Source of the DNA: Clostridium sp. CAG:221
GTDB lineage: Bacteria; Bacillota; Clostridia; Clostridiales; Clostridiaceae
Assembly (NCBI RefSeq): GCF_000435835.1
Contig: NZ_FR883429.1
DNA length: 64,000 nucleotides
Reading direction: 5' to 3' (one strand)
Numbering within the stretch: position 1 is the stretch's first letter; each line of letters begins with the position of its first letter. Position numbers and translations under genes: made by a program. Below are positions 38,955-48,568 of this stretch, one piece after another. Below the pieces are notes generated by a model. That model was not told where the DNA came from. It saw nothing but the letters and a program-made list of their open reading frames with translations, and did not search any database.

Positions 38955-40148
38955 TTATCTTAAACTCTTTATTCTGTCTGCTCCACTAACAATGTTATTA
39001 ATTCTTACTCCGAAGTTTTCATCTATAACAACAACTTCTCCTTCAGCTATAACCTTACCATTTACAAGTACTTCCACTGGCTCATCTGCTAATCTATTTA
39101 ATTCTATAAGAGATCCATTTCCTAGATTTAAAATATCTCTTATACTCTTTTTAGTTCTTCCTAAAACAACAGATATATCTAATGCAACATCTAATATTAA
39201 ATCAATATTATCATGAGACTTTCTTACGTGTTCTGTCCCTAATGGTGCAAAGTTTGCTTTTTGTACTTCCACTGATGGTTGCATCATTGGTTGTGTATGA
39301 CTCATAGGTGCCGCATAATTTACAGGTGCTTCATATGCCGGCTGTTGATATGCTGGCTGCCCATGTACCGGTGCTTCATATGTTGGTTGTGATGAACTTG
39401 GCATAGTAGGTGCTGATGCCGGTGTTGGTGCTGGTGCTGTCTCACTTACAGGTGCATCCACCGGAGCTTGTACTTGCTCTTCTCCCATCATAATAGAAAC
39501 AATTTTTTTTGCTGTATTTAAAGGTAGTATTTGCATTATACTAGACTTTAATACATCTCCTACTTCTAAATCAAAAGAAATCCTAACTACCTTTTCTTCT
39601 TCTTCAATATCGTTTGAAAGACTTTGTTCTTTACTTTCCCATAATGTTGATTGAGGAGGTGATATATCAACTCTTCTGCCAAACATAGTAGCCATTGAAG
39701 TTGCTGCAGAACCTATCATTTGATTCATAGCTTCTTGCACCGCACTTATTTCTATTTCTGATAATTCATCACTTTCTATTTTTCCATCCCCACCCATCAT
39801 GCAATTGGCGATGACAGCTGCATCCGATATTTTCATCATCAGCATATTTCTTCCAGAAATACCTTCAACATATTCTACATCTAGTATTATATTAGGAACA
39901 TCAAAATTCTCTTTAATTTGTTTTATTGTTGTCACCGTTACTACTGGTGTTGTTATGTTAACTTTTTGATTAAGTAATTGATATAATGCTGTGGAAGCAG
40001 AACCCATAGATATATTTCCAACTTCCCCTAGCAAATCTTTTTCTAAATCACTTAATAATTCTTCATTATTTTCAACTTCATTATCATTATTTAACTCACC
40101 ATTTAATAATGAGTTAATTTCATCTTGAGATAAAAAACCATTACTCAT
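38955..40148 (-). CDS. fliY: Switch/phosphatase protein FliY
   Basis: LSQDEINSLL, EVGNISMG, EAMNQMIG CheC motifs; FliN C-domain GEVVVIDENFGVRI. Confidence 0.95.
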   Translation of the reverse strand: MSNGFLSQDEINSLLNGELNNDNEVENNEELLSDLEKDLLGEVGNISMGSASTALYQLLNQKVNITTPVVTVTTIKQIKENFDVPNIILDVEYVEGISGRNMLMMKISDAAVIANCMMGGDGKIESDELSEIEISAVQEAMNQMIGSAATSMATMFGRRVDISPPQSTLWESKEQSLSNDIEEEEKVVRISFDLEVGDVLKSSIMQILPLNTAKKIVSIMMGEEQVQAPVDAPVSETAPAPTPASAPTMPSSSQPTYEAPVHGQPAYQQPAYEAPVNYAAPMSHTQPMMQPSVEVQKANFAPLGTEHVRKSHDNIDLILDVALDISVVLGRTKKSIRDILNLGNGSLIELNRLADEPVEVLVNGKVIAEGEVVVIDENFGVRINNIVSGADRIKSLR

Positions 40149-41139
40149 CTGTTTTCACATCCTTATTTATAGTGTCTAAAAGTTCTACTCCTGCCATTTT
40201 CCCAATAATTCCTGGTTTTCCACTATAGCATAACTCATCTTCTACATATACCTTTATAGGCTCTATTGTTTTAGTATCTAGCTTTAGTACATCTCCAACT
40301 ACTAAATCCAAAAATTCTTCAACATTTATTTGAGTCTTACCAAGTTCAGCTTTTATTTTTAACTCTACAGGTTGGATTGTTCCCTTAATAATTTCCACTA
40401 AATCTTCTTCATCTTCATCATCAGAACTTCTTAACCAATATTCTACTACTAACTTATCTAGAAGCTTTTCTATACTTAAATAAGGAATACATAAATTAAT
40501 ATATGTACTATCCTCTCCAAATTCCACTAAAAAGCTTATTAACGCCACAGGCTCATTTGGTGCTAATGTCTGGTTTGCAGTAGGATTTGTATCTAATGAT
40601 TCAAACTCTGGAGTTACTTCCATTATTTCAGACCACCCAGATTCTAATTGTTCAATAATTTCTCTACACACTTTAGATAGTATATTTTTTTCAATTTCAG
40701 TTAAATCTTTATCTATTCCTCGTTTAACTCCAAAACCACCCAAAAGTAAATCCAATATTTGAAAACCAAATTCTGGATTTAATTCCATTACTATATTTCC
40801 TTGCATTGGATGTAATTTAAAATATGAGATTATAGTAGGATTTGGAATAGATCTTATGAACTCTTCATAAGGAACCTGTTCAACATTTTCTACATTTACT
40901 TTAACACTCTTACGAGTTTGCATAGTTAAATAATTGCTTATTAATCTCGCAAATTTAGTATGAACCTTTTCTAATGTTCTGATATGATCTTTGGAGAATT
41001 TTTGTGGGGTTTTAAAATCATATTGTTTCACTTTATGTATGTCTTCTTCCACAGAATCTATAGTTTCTGGCTCTACATCTCCTGATGACAAAGCTGATAA
41101 AAGTGCATCTATCTCTTCCTGAGATAGTACTTCCGCCAT
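40141..41139 (-). CDS. fliM: Motor switch protein FliM
   Basis: VLSQEEIDALL, YDFKTPQKFSKD, NLCIPY. Confidence 0.96.
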   Translation of the reverse strand: MAEVLSQEEIDALLSALSSGDVEPETIDSVEEDIHKVKQYDFKTPQKFSKDHIRTLEKVHTKFARLISNYLTMQTRKSVKVNVENVEQVPYEEFIRSIPNPTIISYFKLHPMQGNIVMELNPEFGFQILDLLLGGFGVKRGIDKDLTEIEKNILSKVCREIIEQLESGWSEIMEVTPEFESLDTNPTANQTLAPNEPVALISFLVEFGEDSTYINLCIPYLSIEKLLDKLVVEYWLRSSDDEDEEDLVEIIKGTIQPVELKIKAELGKTQINVEEFLDLVVGDVLKLDTKTIEPIKVYVEDELCYSGKPGIIGKMAGVELLDTINKDVKTDE

Positions 41140-41167
41140 AAATATTCCTCCTTATTTTTTACTAAAT

Positions 41168-41563
41168 CTATATATTAACAATTTTATTTATATCAATAAC
41201 AGTTAATAAATATTTATTAAATTCTATTACACCTTTAATATATTCTTTGCTGTCTATTGATGTGTTTTGCAACATATTTAAGTCTATATCTGCCACTTCT
41301 ATCACTTCATCAACAGCTATTCCCACTTCTTCTTCATCAAGTTTTAATATTATTATATTTTGATTTTCACTTTGATTTTTAATATTTAAAAGCATACCAA
41401 TATCAACTAAAGGTTTGATGCTACCTCTTAAATTAATAAGACCTTTTATATAAGAAGGTGCTGTAGGAACTTTAGTTATTTGCATAATATCACTTATATT
41501 TTGTATTTTTTCAGTTTCTGTAGCAAAATATTCGCTACCTAATCTAAAGATTATAAATTGCAT
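41168..41563 (-). CDS. cheW: Chemotaxis adaptor CheW
   Basis: ITKVP..IKGLINLRG, GIAVDEV. Confidence 0.92.
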   Translation of the reverse strand: MQFIIFRLGSEYFATETEKIQNISDIMQITKVPTAPSYIKGLINLRGSIKPLVDIGMLLNIKNQSENQNIIILKLDEEEVGIAVDEVIEVADIDLNMLQNTSIDSKEYIKGVIEFNKYLLTVIDINKIVNI

Positions 41564-41586
41564 AGCTACTCCTCCGCTATAAAATA

Positions 41587-41946
41587 TTATCCTACTATTT
41601 TCTTAACTGCTTCTAAAACTCTATCTGCTTGGAACGGCTTAACTATAAAGTCATTTGCTCCTGCCTTTATAGCATCCATAACCATTGATTGTTGCCCCAT
41701 TGCTGAACACATTATAACTTTTGCAGCTGGATTAACTGCTTTAATTTGTTTCACTGCTTCTATTCCATCCATTTCAGGCATTGTTATATCCATTGTTACT
41801 AAGTCTGGTTGATGTGATTTATATAATTCTACTGCCTCTACTCCATTTGCTGCTTCAGCTACTACTTCATATCCATTCTTTGTTAAAATATCCTTTATCA
41901 TCATTCTCATAAACGCTGCGTCGTCAACTATTAATATTTTTGCCAT
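41587..41946 (-). CDS. cheY: Response regulator CheY
   Basis: IVDDAAFMR, MDITMPEMDG, FIVKPF. Confidence 0.96.
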   Translation of the reverse strand: MAKILIVDDAAFMRMMIKDILTKNGYEVVAEAANGVEAVELYKSHQPDLVTMDITMPEMDGIEAVKQIKAVNPAAKVIMCSAMGQQSMVMDAIKAGANDFIVKPFQADRVLEAVKKIVG

Positions 41947-41965
41947 TTTTCTATTCCTCCTAAAT

Positions 41966-42562
41966 TTAAACCATTCCTAATTGCTTCAATATATTTTCTA
42001 AAGACCCTGGCTGCGGTATGTAGTAAAAATGTCCTAATACATCTTGGCCATTGTGTCCTTTAAATAATGTTTCTATATCTAAAATATAATCATCATATTG
42101 ACCTGACTCAATAAATGTCGAGGTCAGAATTGCATTAAACATATCATGAGTCACTGCTGGAACAGAAGCAATCATTTTAATCCCTGTAAATGATACAATG
42201 GAATTCATATAAGATGATGCTATTATATTACCTATTTCAGCTATAGCAGACATTCCTATATCGCTAAATACATCACTATTAGAAATCAACGCTTCTATTA
42301 TTTCTTTAGCAACATGCTTATCAAAGGCATATAATATATTTCCTGGAGCTTCTCCTATGACTTTTACCAATACTGCAATGACCTCATTATTTAAGTCATT
42401 TTCTAAAATCTCTTCTAGCCTTACTATTTTTATATTGGGTATCCCCATATCTATCTTTCTATTCAAAAGAAATGACAATGATGTAGCTGCATTTCCTGAA
42501 CCTATATTAAATACTTCTCTCAATGCATCTAACTGCATAGAACTCAAGTTTCTATAATCCAT
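41966..42562 (-). CDS. cheC: CheY-P phosphatase CheC; start ATG 42562
   Basis: DALREVFNIGSGNAATSL, EIGNI. Confidence 0.92.
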   Translation of the reverse strand: MDYRNLSSMQLDALREVFNIGSGNAATSLSFLLNRKIDMGIPNIKIVRLEEILENDLNNEVIAVLVKVIGEAPGNILYAFDKHVAKEIIEALISNSDVFSDIGMSAIAEIGNIIASSYMNSIVSFTGIKMIASVPAVTHDMFNAILTSTFIESGQYDDYILDIETLFKGHNGQDVLGHFYYIPQPGSLENILKQLGMV

Positions 42563-42578
42563 CGTTCTCACCTCATCA

Positions 42579-44600
42579 CTATACCAATGAACCAACATCT
42601 AATATTAACGTTACTAAACCATCACCTAATATAGTTGCTCCTATATAAGCCCTAGTATCTTTAAATATCTTTCCTAATGGTTTTATAACTATTTCTTGTT
42701 GTCCAAGTAAAGAATCTACTAATAACCCGCTTAATTTATTGCCTATTTTAACGATTATTACATACTCTTTTCCTCTTGAACCTGATTCAATGCCTAATAT
42801 TTTATTTAATCTTACTAATGGAATAATTTTATCTCTATATACAATCACTTCTTCTCCATTAGTTTGTTTCACATATTCATCTTTAAACTCTATAACTCTA
42901 TCGATAAATCCTAAAGAAATTGCAAAAGTTTCTTCTCCAACTTTAACCAATAGAGCTTGAATTATTTGTAATGTTAATGGAAGAGTAACTATAAATGATG
43001 TACCTTTTCCTAGTTCACTATGTAATTCTACTGTTCCACCTAAAGCTTCTATCTTAGTCTTTACAACGTCCATTCCAACTCCTCTTCCTGAAACATCTGT
43101 AACAACTTCGTTAGTTGAGAATCCTTGATGGAATATTAAATTCTTTATTTCTTGTTCAGTAAGCCCTGATGTAGAAATACCAACCTTTTCAGCTTTAGCT
43201 TTTATCTTATCAACATTGATTCCTGCACCATCATCAGTAACCTTTATGATAGCTTTTGTACCTTCTTGATAAGCCATTAGCTTAACTGTACCTTGCACTG
43301 GCTTTCCAGCTGCTATTCTATCTTCCTTCTTTTCAATTCCATGATCAGCAGAATTTCTTAATAAGTGAATAAGTGGTTCACCAATTTCATCAATTACAGT
43401 TCTATCTAGTTCTGTATCTGCTCCTTCAATGATAAAATCTATTTCTTTACCTAAATCAACAGCTAAATCTCTCATCATTCTAGGGAATCTATTAAATACA
43501 ACATCTAACGGAAGCATTCTAATCTTCATTACTAAATCCTGTAAATCAGAAGTAGTTCTCTCAACTTGTTCTAACGTCTCCACCAATTCTGGTGATTTGT
43601 TATTTACAACTATCTGTTCAAGTCTTGTTCTATATATTACAAGTTCTGATACCATATTCATAAGTGTATCTATTCTTTGTAAATCTACTCTTACTGACTG
43701 ATGAGCCTTCTTGTTGTTAGCTCTAGGTTCTCTCTTAACTTCTGGAGCTTTTTTAGTTGCAATATCTTTAGGTTTAACAGGAGTTGCTACCACTTCAGAT
43801 TTTTGAACTTGCGCTTCTTCTTGTTCTAAATCTTCAATATCTATATCTACATCTTCAACTGTTACACTTACAACTTCTGAAATATTTTCAACAATATCAC
43901 TGATTTCTTGTGCAGATTTTTTAGTTACAAGAAGGAAATAAATATCAAAGTCAAAGTTTTCAGTTTCTATATCTTCAATTGTTGGTTTTGATTTTATTAT
44001 TTCACCTTGTGATTCTAACTCTTGAAATATTAAGAAAGCTCTTGCAGATTTTAATAATGTTTCTTCACTTAATCTTATCTGAACATTTAAAGTGTTAAAT
44101 CCACCTTTAATAGCTTGCCTTACAATTGATATATCATATTGATTTAACTCAACCTTTATTTTCTTATCTTCTTTTCCGTCTTCTTCACCATGTTCAACAA
44201 CAACTTCTAATTCTTTCCCATTACCATTTACTATATTTCCCAAGGATTGTACTATATCTGTTACATCAACTTCATCATCTACCCCTGCCTCTATATTATT
44301 AACCATAGTTTCTAAGGTATCAAGACAATTAAATAGCACTGTAACAACATTTTCACTTACCTCTAATTTACCTTCTCTAAAATTAGATAAAACATCTTCC
44401 ATTTTATGAGTTAATTCAGCCATTGCTGTGAACCCCATAGTTGCTGCCATACCTTTAATAGTATGTGCCACTCTAAAAATTTGATTTAACATTTCTATGT
44501 CATTTGGATTTTGTTCTAAATTAAGTAACGCTTCATTAAGTGTTTGAAGATTATCCATTGACTCATCTAAAAACATACTTAAATATTGTGATGTATCCAA
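42579..44600 (-). CDS. cheA: Histidine kinase CheA
   Basis: FRVAHTIKG, HLLRNSADHG, GFST..DVSGRGVGMDVV, CheW-like P5 domain. Confidence 0.97.
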   Translation of the reverse strand: MDTSQYLSMFLDESMDNLQTLNEALLNLEQNPNDIEMLNQIFRVAHTIKGMAATMGFTAMAELTHKMEDVLSNFREGKLEVSENVVTVLFNCLDTLETMVNNIEAGVDDEVDVTDIVQSLGNIVNGNGKELEVVVEHGEEDGKEDKKIKVELNQYDISIVRQAIKGGFNTLNVQIRLSEETLLKSARAFLIFQELESQGEIIKSKPTIEDIETENFDFDIYFLLVTKKSAQEISDIVENISEVVSVTVEDVDIDIEDLEQEEAQVQKSEVVATPVKPKDIATKKAPEVKREPRANNKKAHQSVRVDLQRIDTLMNMVSELVIYRTRLEQIVVNNKSPELVETLEQVERTTSDLQDLVMKIRMLPLDVVFNRFPRMMRDLAVDLGKEIDFIIEGADTELDRTVIDEIGEPLIHLLRNSADHGIEKKEDRIAAGKPVQGTVKLMAYQEGTKAIIKVTDDGAGINVDKIKAKAEKVGISTSGLTEQEIKNLIFHQGFSTNEVVTDVSGRGVGMDVVKTKIEALGGTVELHSELGKGTSFIVTLPLTLQIIQALLVKVGEETFAISLGFIDRVIEFKDEYVKQTNGEEVIVYRDKIIPLVRLNKILGIESGSRGKEYVIIVKIGNKLSGLLVDSLLGQQEIVIKPLGKIFKDTRAYIGATILGDGLVTLILDVGSLV

Positions 44601-44612
44601 TTTTTACCCTCC

Positions 44613-45380
44613 TTATATTTTCTTATAAATAAATGGTGATAATTTTTCTAATCCACTTGTCTTATATGTGTTTATACTTTCTGTTGCTCCAACAAAAAGT
44701 AGTCCTCCTACCTTTAAAGATTTAATAAAATCTTCTATTATCTTTTGTTTTACTTCATCTTTAAAGTAAATTATCACATTTCTACAAAGAATTAAATCAA
44801 AGTCTTTTTCATAACTATCTAAAATCAAATCATGTCTCTTAAAATTTACTTTTGACTTTATTTTTGAATCTACTATATATTTATCGTCATATTTATTAAA
44901 ATATTTATCTAAATATTTTTTATCCAAAGTTTTAACATCAGCTGCGGAATAAACTCCTTTCCTTGCTTTTGCCAAAATATTTTTGTCTATATCTGTAGCA
45001 AGAATAGAGTAACTAACTTTATCATTCATATCATCAAACATCATTGCAAGACTATAAGCCTCACACCCCATGGATGATCCTGCACTCCAAATTTTAATAT
45101 TATTTCTATTGGGAATTATTTCTGATAGTAAATTTTTTCTTAACGCTTCAAAAAACTCTGGATTTCTAAAAAATTCTGTTACATTTATTGTTATGTGATC
45201 CATAAACTTTTCTCTTTCAACTGCATCTTCTTTTAGCAGTTTAGTATATTCCTCCAGAGTTTTTACACCTACTCTCTCCATAAGGCTTCCTATTCTTCTA
45301 TTTAACTGAGTAGGCTTATATGAATTTAAGCTTAATCCAATTTCTTTATATACCCAATTATGAAATTCTGTAAATTCCAT
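44613..45380 (-). CDS. cheR: Chemoreceptor methyltransferase CheR; start ATG 45380
   Basis: TINVTEFFRN, IWSAG, ATDID, FDLILCRNVIIYF; GGAGG SD. Confidence 0.94.
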   Translation of the reverse strand: MEFTEFHNWVYKEIGLSLNSYKPTQLNRRIGSLMERVGVKTLEEYTKLLKEDAVEREKFMDHITINVTEFFRNPEFFEALRKNLLSEIIPNRNNIKIWSAGSSMGCEAYSLAMMFDDMNDKVSYSILATDIDKNILAKARKGVYSAADVKTLDKKYLDKYFNKYDDKYIVDSKIKSKVNFKRHDLILDSYEKDFDLILCRNVIIYFKDEVKQKIIEDFIKSLKVGGLLFVGATESINTYKTSGLEKLSPFIYKKI

Positions 45381-45407
45381 TATTCCTCCTATCAATCAGT
45401 AAACCAT

Positions 45408-45905
45408 TTAAATTTCCTTAATTCCTTGCCCCACTATTCTAATTAATACTTTTCCACTTTCAGATTCAACAAACATTGTTCTTCCTTTGCTGCCTCCAAC
45501 ATCTTCTGCTGCTATAATTATTCCTTCTCTATTAATCGCTTCTCTTACAGCTTCAATATTTCTATTTCCTATATAACTATTAATAGATTTCTCAGAAAAC
45601 TTAAACATGGAAGCTCCTCCAGCTATCTTTGCTACCACATTCTTTTTAATACATCCTCGTTTTGTCATTTCCTCTAATATTAAAGGAATAGCCAAATCTG
45701 CAAATTTATACGGATTAGTTACACTTTTAAAGGCATGACTATCAGGAAGCATTATATGTATAAGTGCTGCAATTTTTTTCACTGTATCATATAATGCAAT
45801 TCCAACACAAGAACCTAGCCCTATGGTCATAATACTGTTAGGCGCTGATATTATTTTAGCATCAGCAATTCCAACTCTGACCTCATTTTTTCTTACTGCT
45901 TCCAT
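45408..45905 (-). CDS. cheD: Receptor deamidase CheD
   Basis: TIGLGSCVGI, HIMLP, KIAGGASMF, EDVGGSKGR. Confidence 0.95.
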   Translation of the reverse strand: MEAVRKNEVRVGIADAKIISAPNSIMTIGLGSCVGIALYDTVKKIAALIHIMLPDSHAFKSVTNPYKFADLAIPLILEEMTKRGCIKKNVVAKIAGGASMFKFSEKSINSYIGNRNIEAVREAINREGIIIAAEDVGGSKGRTMFVESESGKVLIRIVGQGIKEI

Positions 45906-45910
45906 GTGCC

Positions 45911-46366
45911 TTACTCCACCCTTTCAAACACAAGCTCCTCTTCTTTTTCTAACAAAACCTTATTTAAATCTAATAAAATAATAAGATTTTGCTTTTCTTT
46001 TATAATACCTTTAATATATTTTTTTGAAATTATAGTTGCTACAGATGAAGAATAATCTATTACTTCTTCATTTACTGTAGTTACTTCATTAACATCATCT
46101 ACTATAACACCAAATTTTCCTAACTCTTTTTTTACAACAATAACTTTATTTGTTGAATCAACACTACAGCTATTAAAACCAAATTTATTACTTAAATTAA
46201 TAACTGGTATTACTTCCTCTTCATATTTTATAATTCCTTCTAAAAAGCTAGGCGAATCTGGAAGCTTTGTAGTTCCAATACTTCCTAATATTCTTTCAAC
46301 TTCCATTATATCTGTTGCAAAATATTCACCATTTAATTTAAATACTAATATTCTTATCTCTTTCAT
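45911..46366 (-). CDS. cheW: Chemotaxis adaptor CheW (second copy)
   Basis: VFKLNGEYFA, TKLPDSP..EGII, GVIVDDV. Confidence 0.9.
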   Translation of the reverse strand: MKEIRILVFKLNGEYFATDIMEVERILGSIGTTKLPDSPSFLEGIIKYEEEVIPVINLSNKFGFNSCSVDSTNKVIVVKKELGKFGVIVDDVNEVTTVNEEVIDYSSSVATIISKKYIKGIIKEKQNLIILLDLNKVLLEKEEELVFERVE

Positions 46367-46376
46367 ATAAACCTCC

Positions 46377-47683
46377 CTATAATACTAATTTTTCTACAGC
46401 AAGCTCACCTTTGTTATCTATGTAACATTTAACATTTCTACAAGGTTCTGTAACCAAATATCTTTTATTATTTATGATTATCAGTGTATTGCTATAAGCT
46501 TTTTCTATAGTTACTATTCCTTTTTTTCCAAAAACCTCTAAAACATTATGTGCTCCAGCTTCACTACCTACTACAGATGCATTTATAAATTCTCCAGCTT
46601 TTAATACTCCACCTCTACATACTGATTGTTTATTTAAAAACTTAATACTTCTAACAGCATACATATCTGTGGAATAAAGACCTTTGCCATTTATTAAAAT
46701 ATCACCTGAAGATTGAATACTAGCCTCCTGACAATAACTCAAAGTAATAGATGACATATTGGCCATATATTCCTCTAAATATTGTATTTCCTCCAGTAAA
46801 CTTATAACAAAATTTCTTAGCTCTTTAATAGAGTTTATATTGGTTCTAGACATAGGAAGAAGTTTTTCCTTAATAAACTTTGACACTTGGGAATTTTTAT
46901 CTCCATCTTTTATTGCCAATTTATAAGATACTTGTCCACTAATTTCTGCAATTATATTATCGTCTAAAATATTACAACCATTACCGCATCTTATTATTTT
47001 TCTTTTATTTTTTTAGGTTTTACTTCTTGCCCAAAAACGTTTATGCCAAACTTACTGTCTTCTCCCTTTATAACCTTACCTATAATAGCAGTAGCTTCAA
47101 CACCATTAATTTTATTTATATTTTTATAATCAATCTTTTCATATTCACCAATACTGACATCTTCTTTATTAAAAACAAATTCTATCTTTTCATCTATAGC
47201 ATCTATAGGCTTAAGTCCTTCTGCCACCAAAACTCTTCCACCATTCTGAGCTTTGGTTATTTCTTCAATAGCTTCCTCTTTTACTCCATATATCACATTT
47301 GCTTCTTTAAGTAGTTGCTCTATTTCCTCTTTACTTAAAAGACCTCTGCAATCCATCTCTTCTTCATATACATCAATAACCAAATTTTCCACAGGATTGC
47401 TATCTTTTATATTTATTTTAACTGCATTCTTATATTCAAAGGAAATATAAGCTTCCATTTTATCTTTTGAAATATCTACTTTAATATTTTTAGAAAGCTT
47501 ATCATTAGATAAAAACTCTATTTCATCACTTTCATTTACCTTAGTAGTTTCATAAATCTCTTTACCATTTATAGTCAACATTCCCTTACTTGATGGAGTT
47601 ATAGTTGGATATTTTCCTTCGCCAACTGGATTAATAACTATAATTTTACCTAAAACTACTTTTATTTTTCCATTTTTCGCCAT
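46377..47683 (-). pseudogene. fapA: FapA/DUF342 flagellar assembly protein, split by a frameshift
   Basis: ORF 46994-47683 (ISKDKMEAYI, VIYGV, VAEG, GINVFG) continues after +1 nt as IIRCGNGC..AEISGQ into ORF 46377-46919 (YCQ..SSGDILING, RGGVL). Confidence 0.75.
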
Positions 47684-47723
47684 CTTCCTCCACTTTTTAT
47701 CATTTCACCCCATTATTATTTAA

Positions 47724-47732
47724 ATTATATCA
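47724..47732 (-). promoter_or_regulatory. Possible extended -10 of the chemotaxis operon
   Basis: TGATATAAT ~40 nt upstream of the fapA ATG; AT-rich background weakens it. Confidence 0.35.
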
Positions 47733-47809
47733 TAATATAAATTAAAATAAAATTATATTTATATAAATTTAATTATTTTTTTAATGCCATTTAAATGATT
47801 TTTATTAAA

Positions 47810-47849
47810 AAAATAAGGCATATCAACTTTCATTGATATACCTTATTTT
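47810..47849 (-). terminator. Terminator after the HAD gene
   Basis: aaaataaggcatatcaa / ttgatataccttatttt. Confidence 0.7.
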
Positions 47850-47869
47850 CACTATTCATATTTATTGTT

Positions 47870-48508
47870 TTATTTCCACTTTAATATTTCTATTTCATGT
47901 TTCTTTTTATAATTTATTAAATACGGGTTCCCTACAAGATCTAACAGTGGCTTATCCGATAAAGAATCAGAAAACATATAAGAATTTTTAAAGTCAGCTT
48001 CTATATTCTTTTCTTTCAATACTGCTTTCAATCTACGAACCTTTTCCTGACCTTTGCAATTATTACCATCCATACTTCTTATGAATTTACCATTTTCAAA
48101 TTTAAATCTTGTACCAATGATTAAATCCACTTCATCTATTGCGTAAAATTCCTTGATATAAAATTCCGGTGATGCTGAAATCAAAATTACCATATATCCT
48201 TCATTTTTTAACTTTTTTATCATATCTACAGCATCTTTATATAAAATTTTGCTTAATCTATCATGATAAAATTCCTTTGTTAAAATAGCTAATTCCTTTT
48301 CTTCTATATTTTCAATAAACTTTAAAAACGACTCCTTAACCCTTTTCTCATCATATATTCCAACACCATACATGGCACCTGAATATAATGCTCTAGGTAA
48401 AAATTTAATATTTTTTATATCTCTACTTACTATATATTTATAAAACTCCATTAACGTTTCTTTTTTTGTTATGGTATAATCCACATCAAATAAAGCTAAT
48501 TTCTCCAT
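47870..48508 (-). CDS. HAD-superfamily hydrolase, subfamily IB
   Basis: FDVDYT, ISAS, K, SDSLSD motifs. Confidence 0.88.
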   Translation of the reverse strand: MEKLALFDVDYTITKKETLMEFYKYIVSRDIKNIKFLPRALYSGAMYGVGIYDEKRVKESFLKFIENIEEKELAILTKEFYHDRLSKILYKDAVDMIKKLKNEGYMVILISASPEFYIKEFYAIDEVDLIIGTRFKFENGKFIRSMDGNNCKGQEKVRRLKAVLKEKNIEADFKNSYMFSDSLSDKPLLDLVGNPYLINYKKKHEIEILKWK

Positions 48509-48568
48509 TTCTTCTACCTTTCTCTAATGTACATTAGAAAAAACCACGGTTAAAAATCCGCAGTTTTT

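Noticed and set aside
4581..45395. N-terminal extensions in the ORF track for flgF, fliI, fliH, flgC, fliB, cheC and cheR
   Set aside because: Downstream ATGs have better SD sequences and match family N-termini; most extensions overlap upstream genes, terminators or the SD itself.
45396..45407. ATG GTT TAC TGA after cheD as a cheB remnant
   Set aside because: Three codons with no CheB similarity; uninformative.
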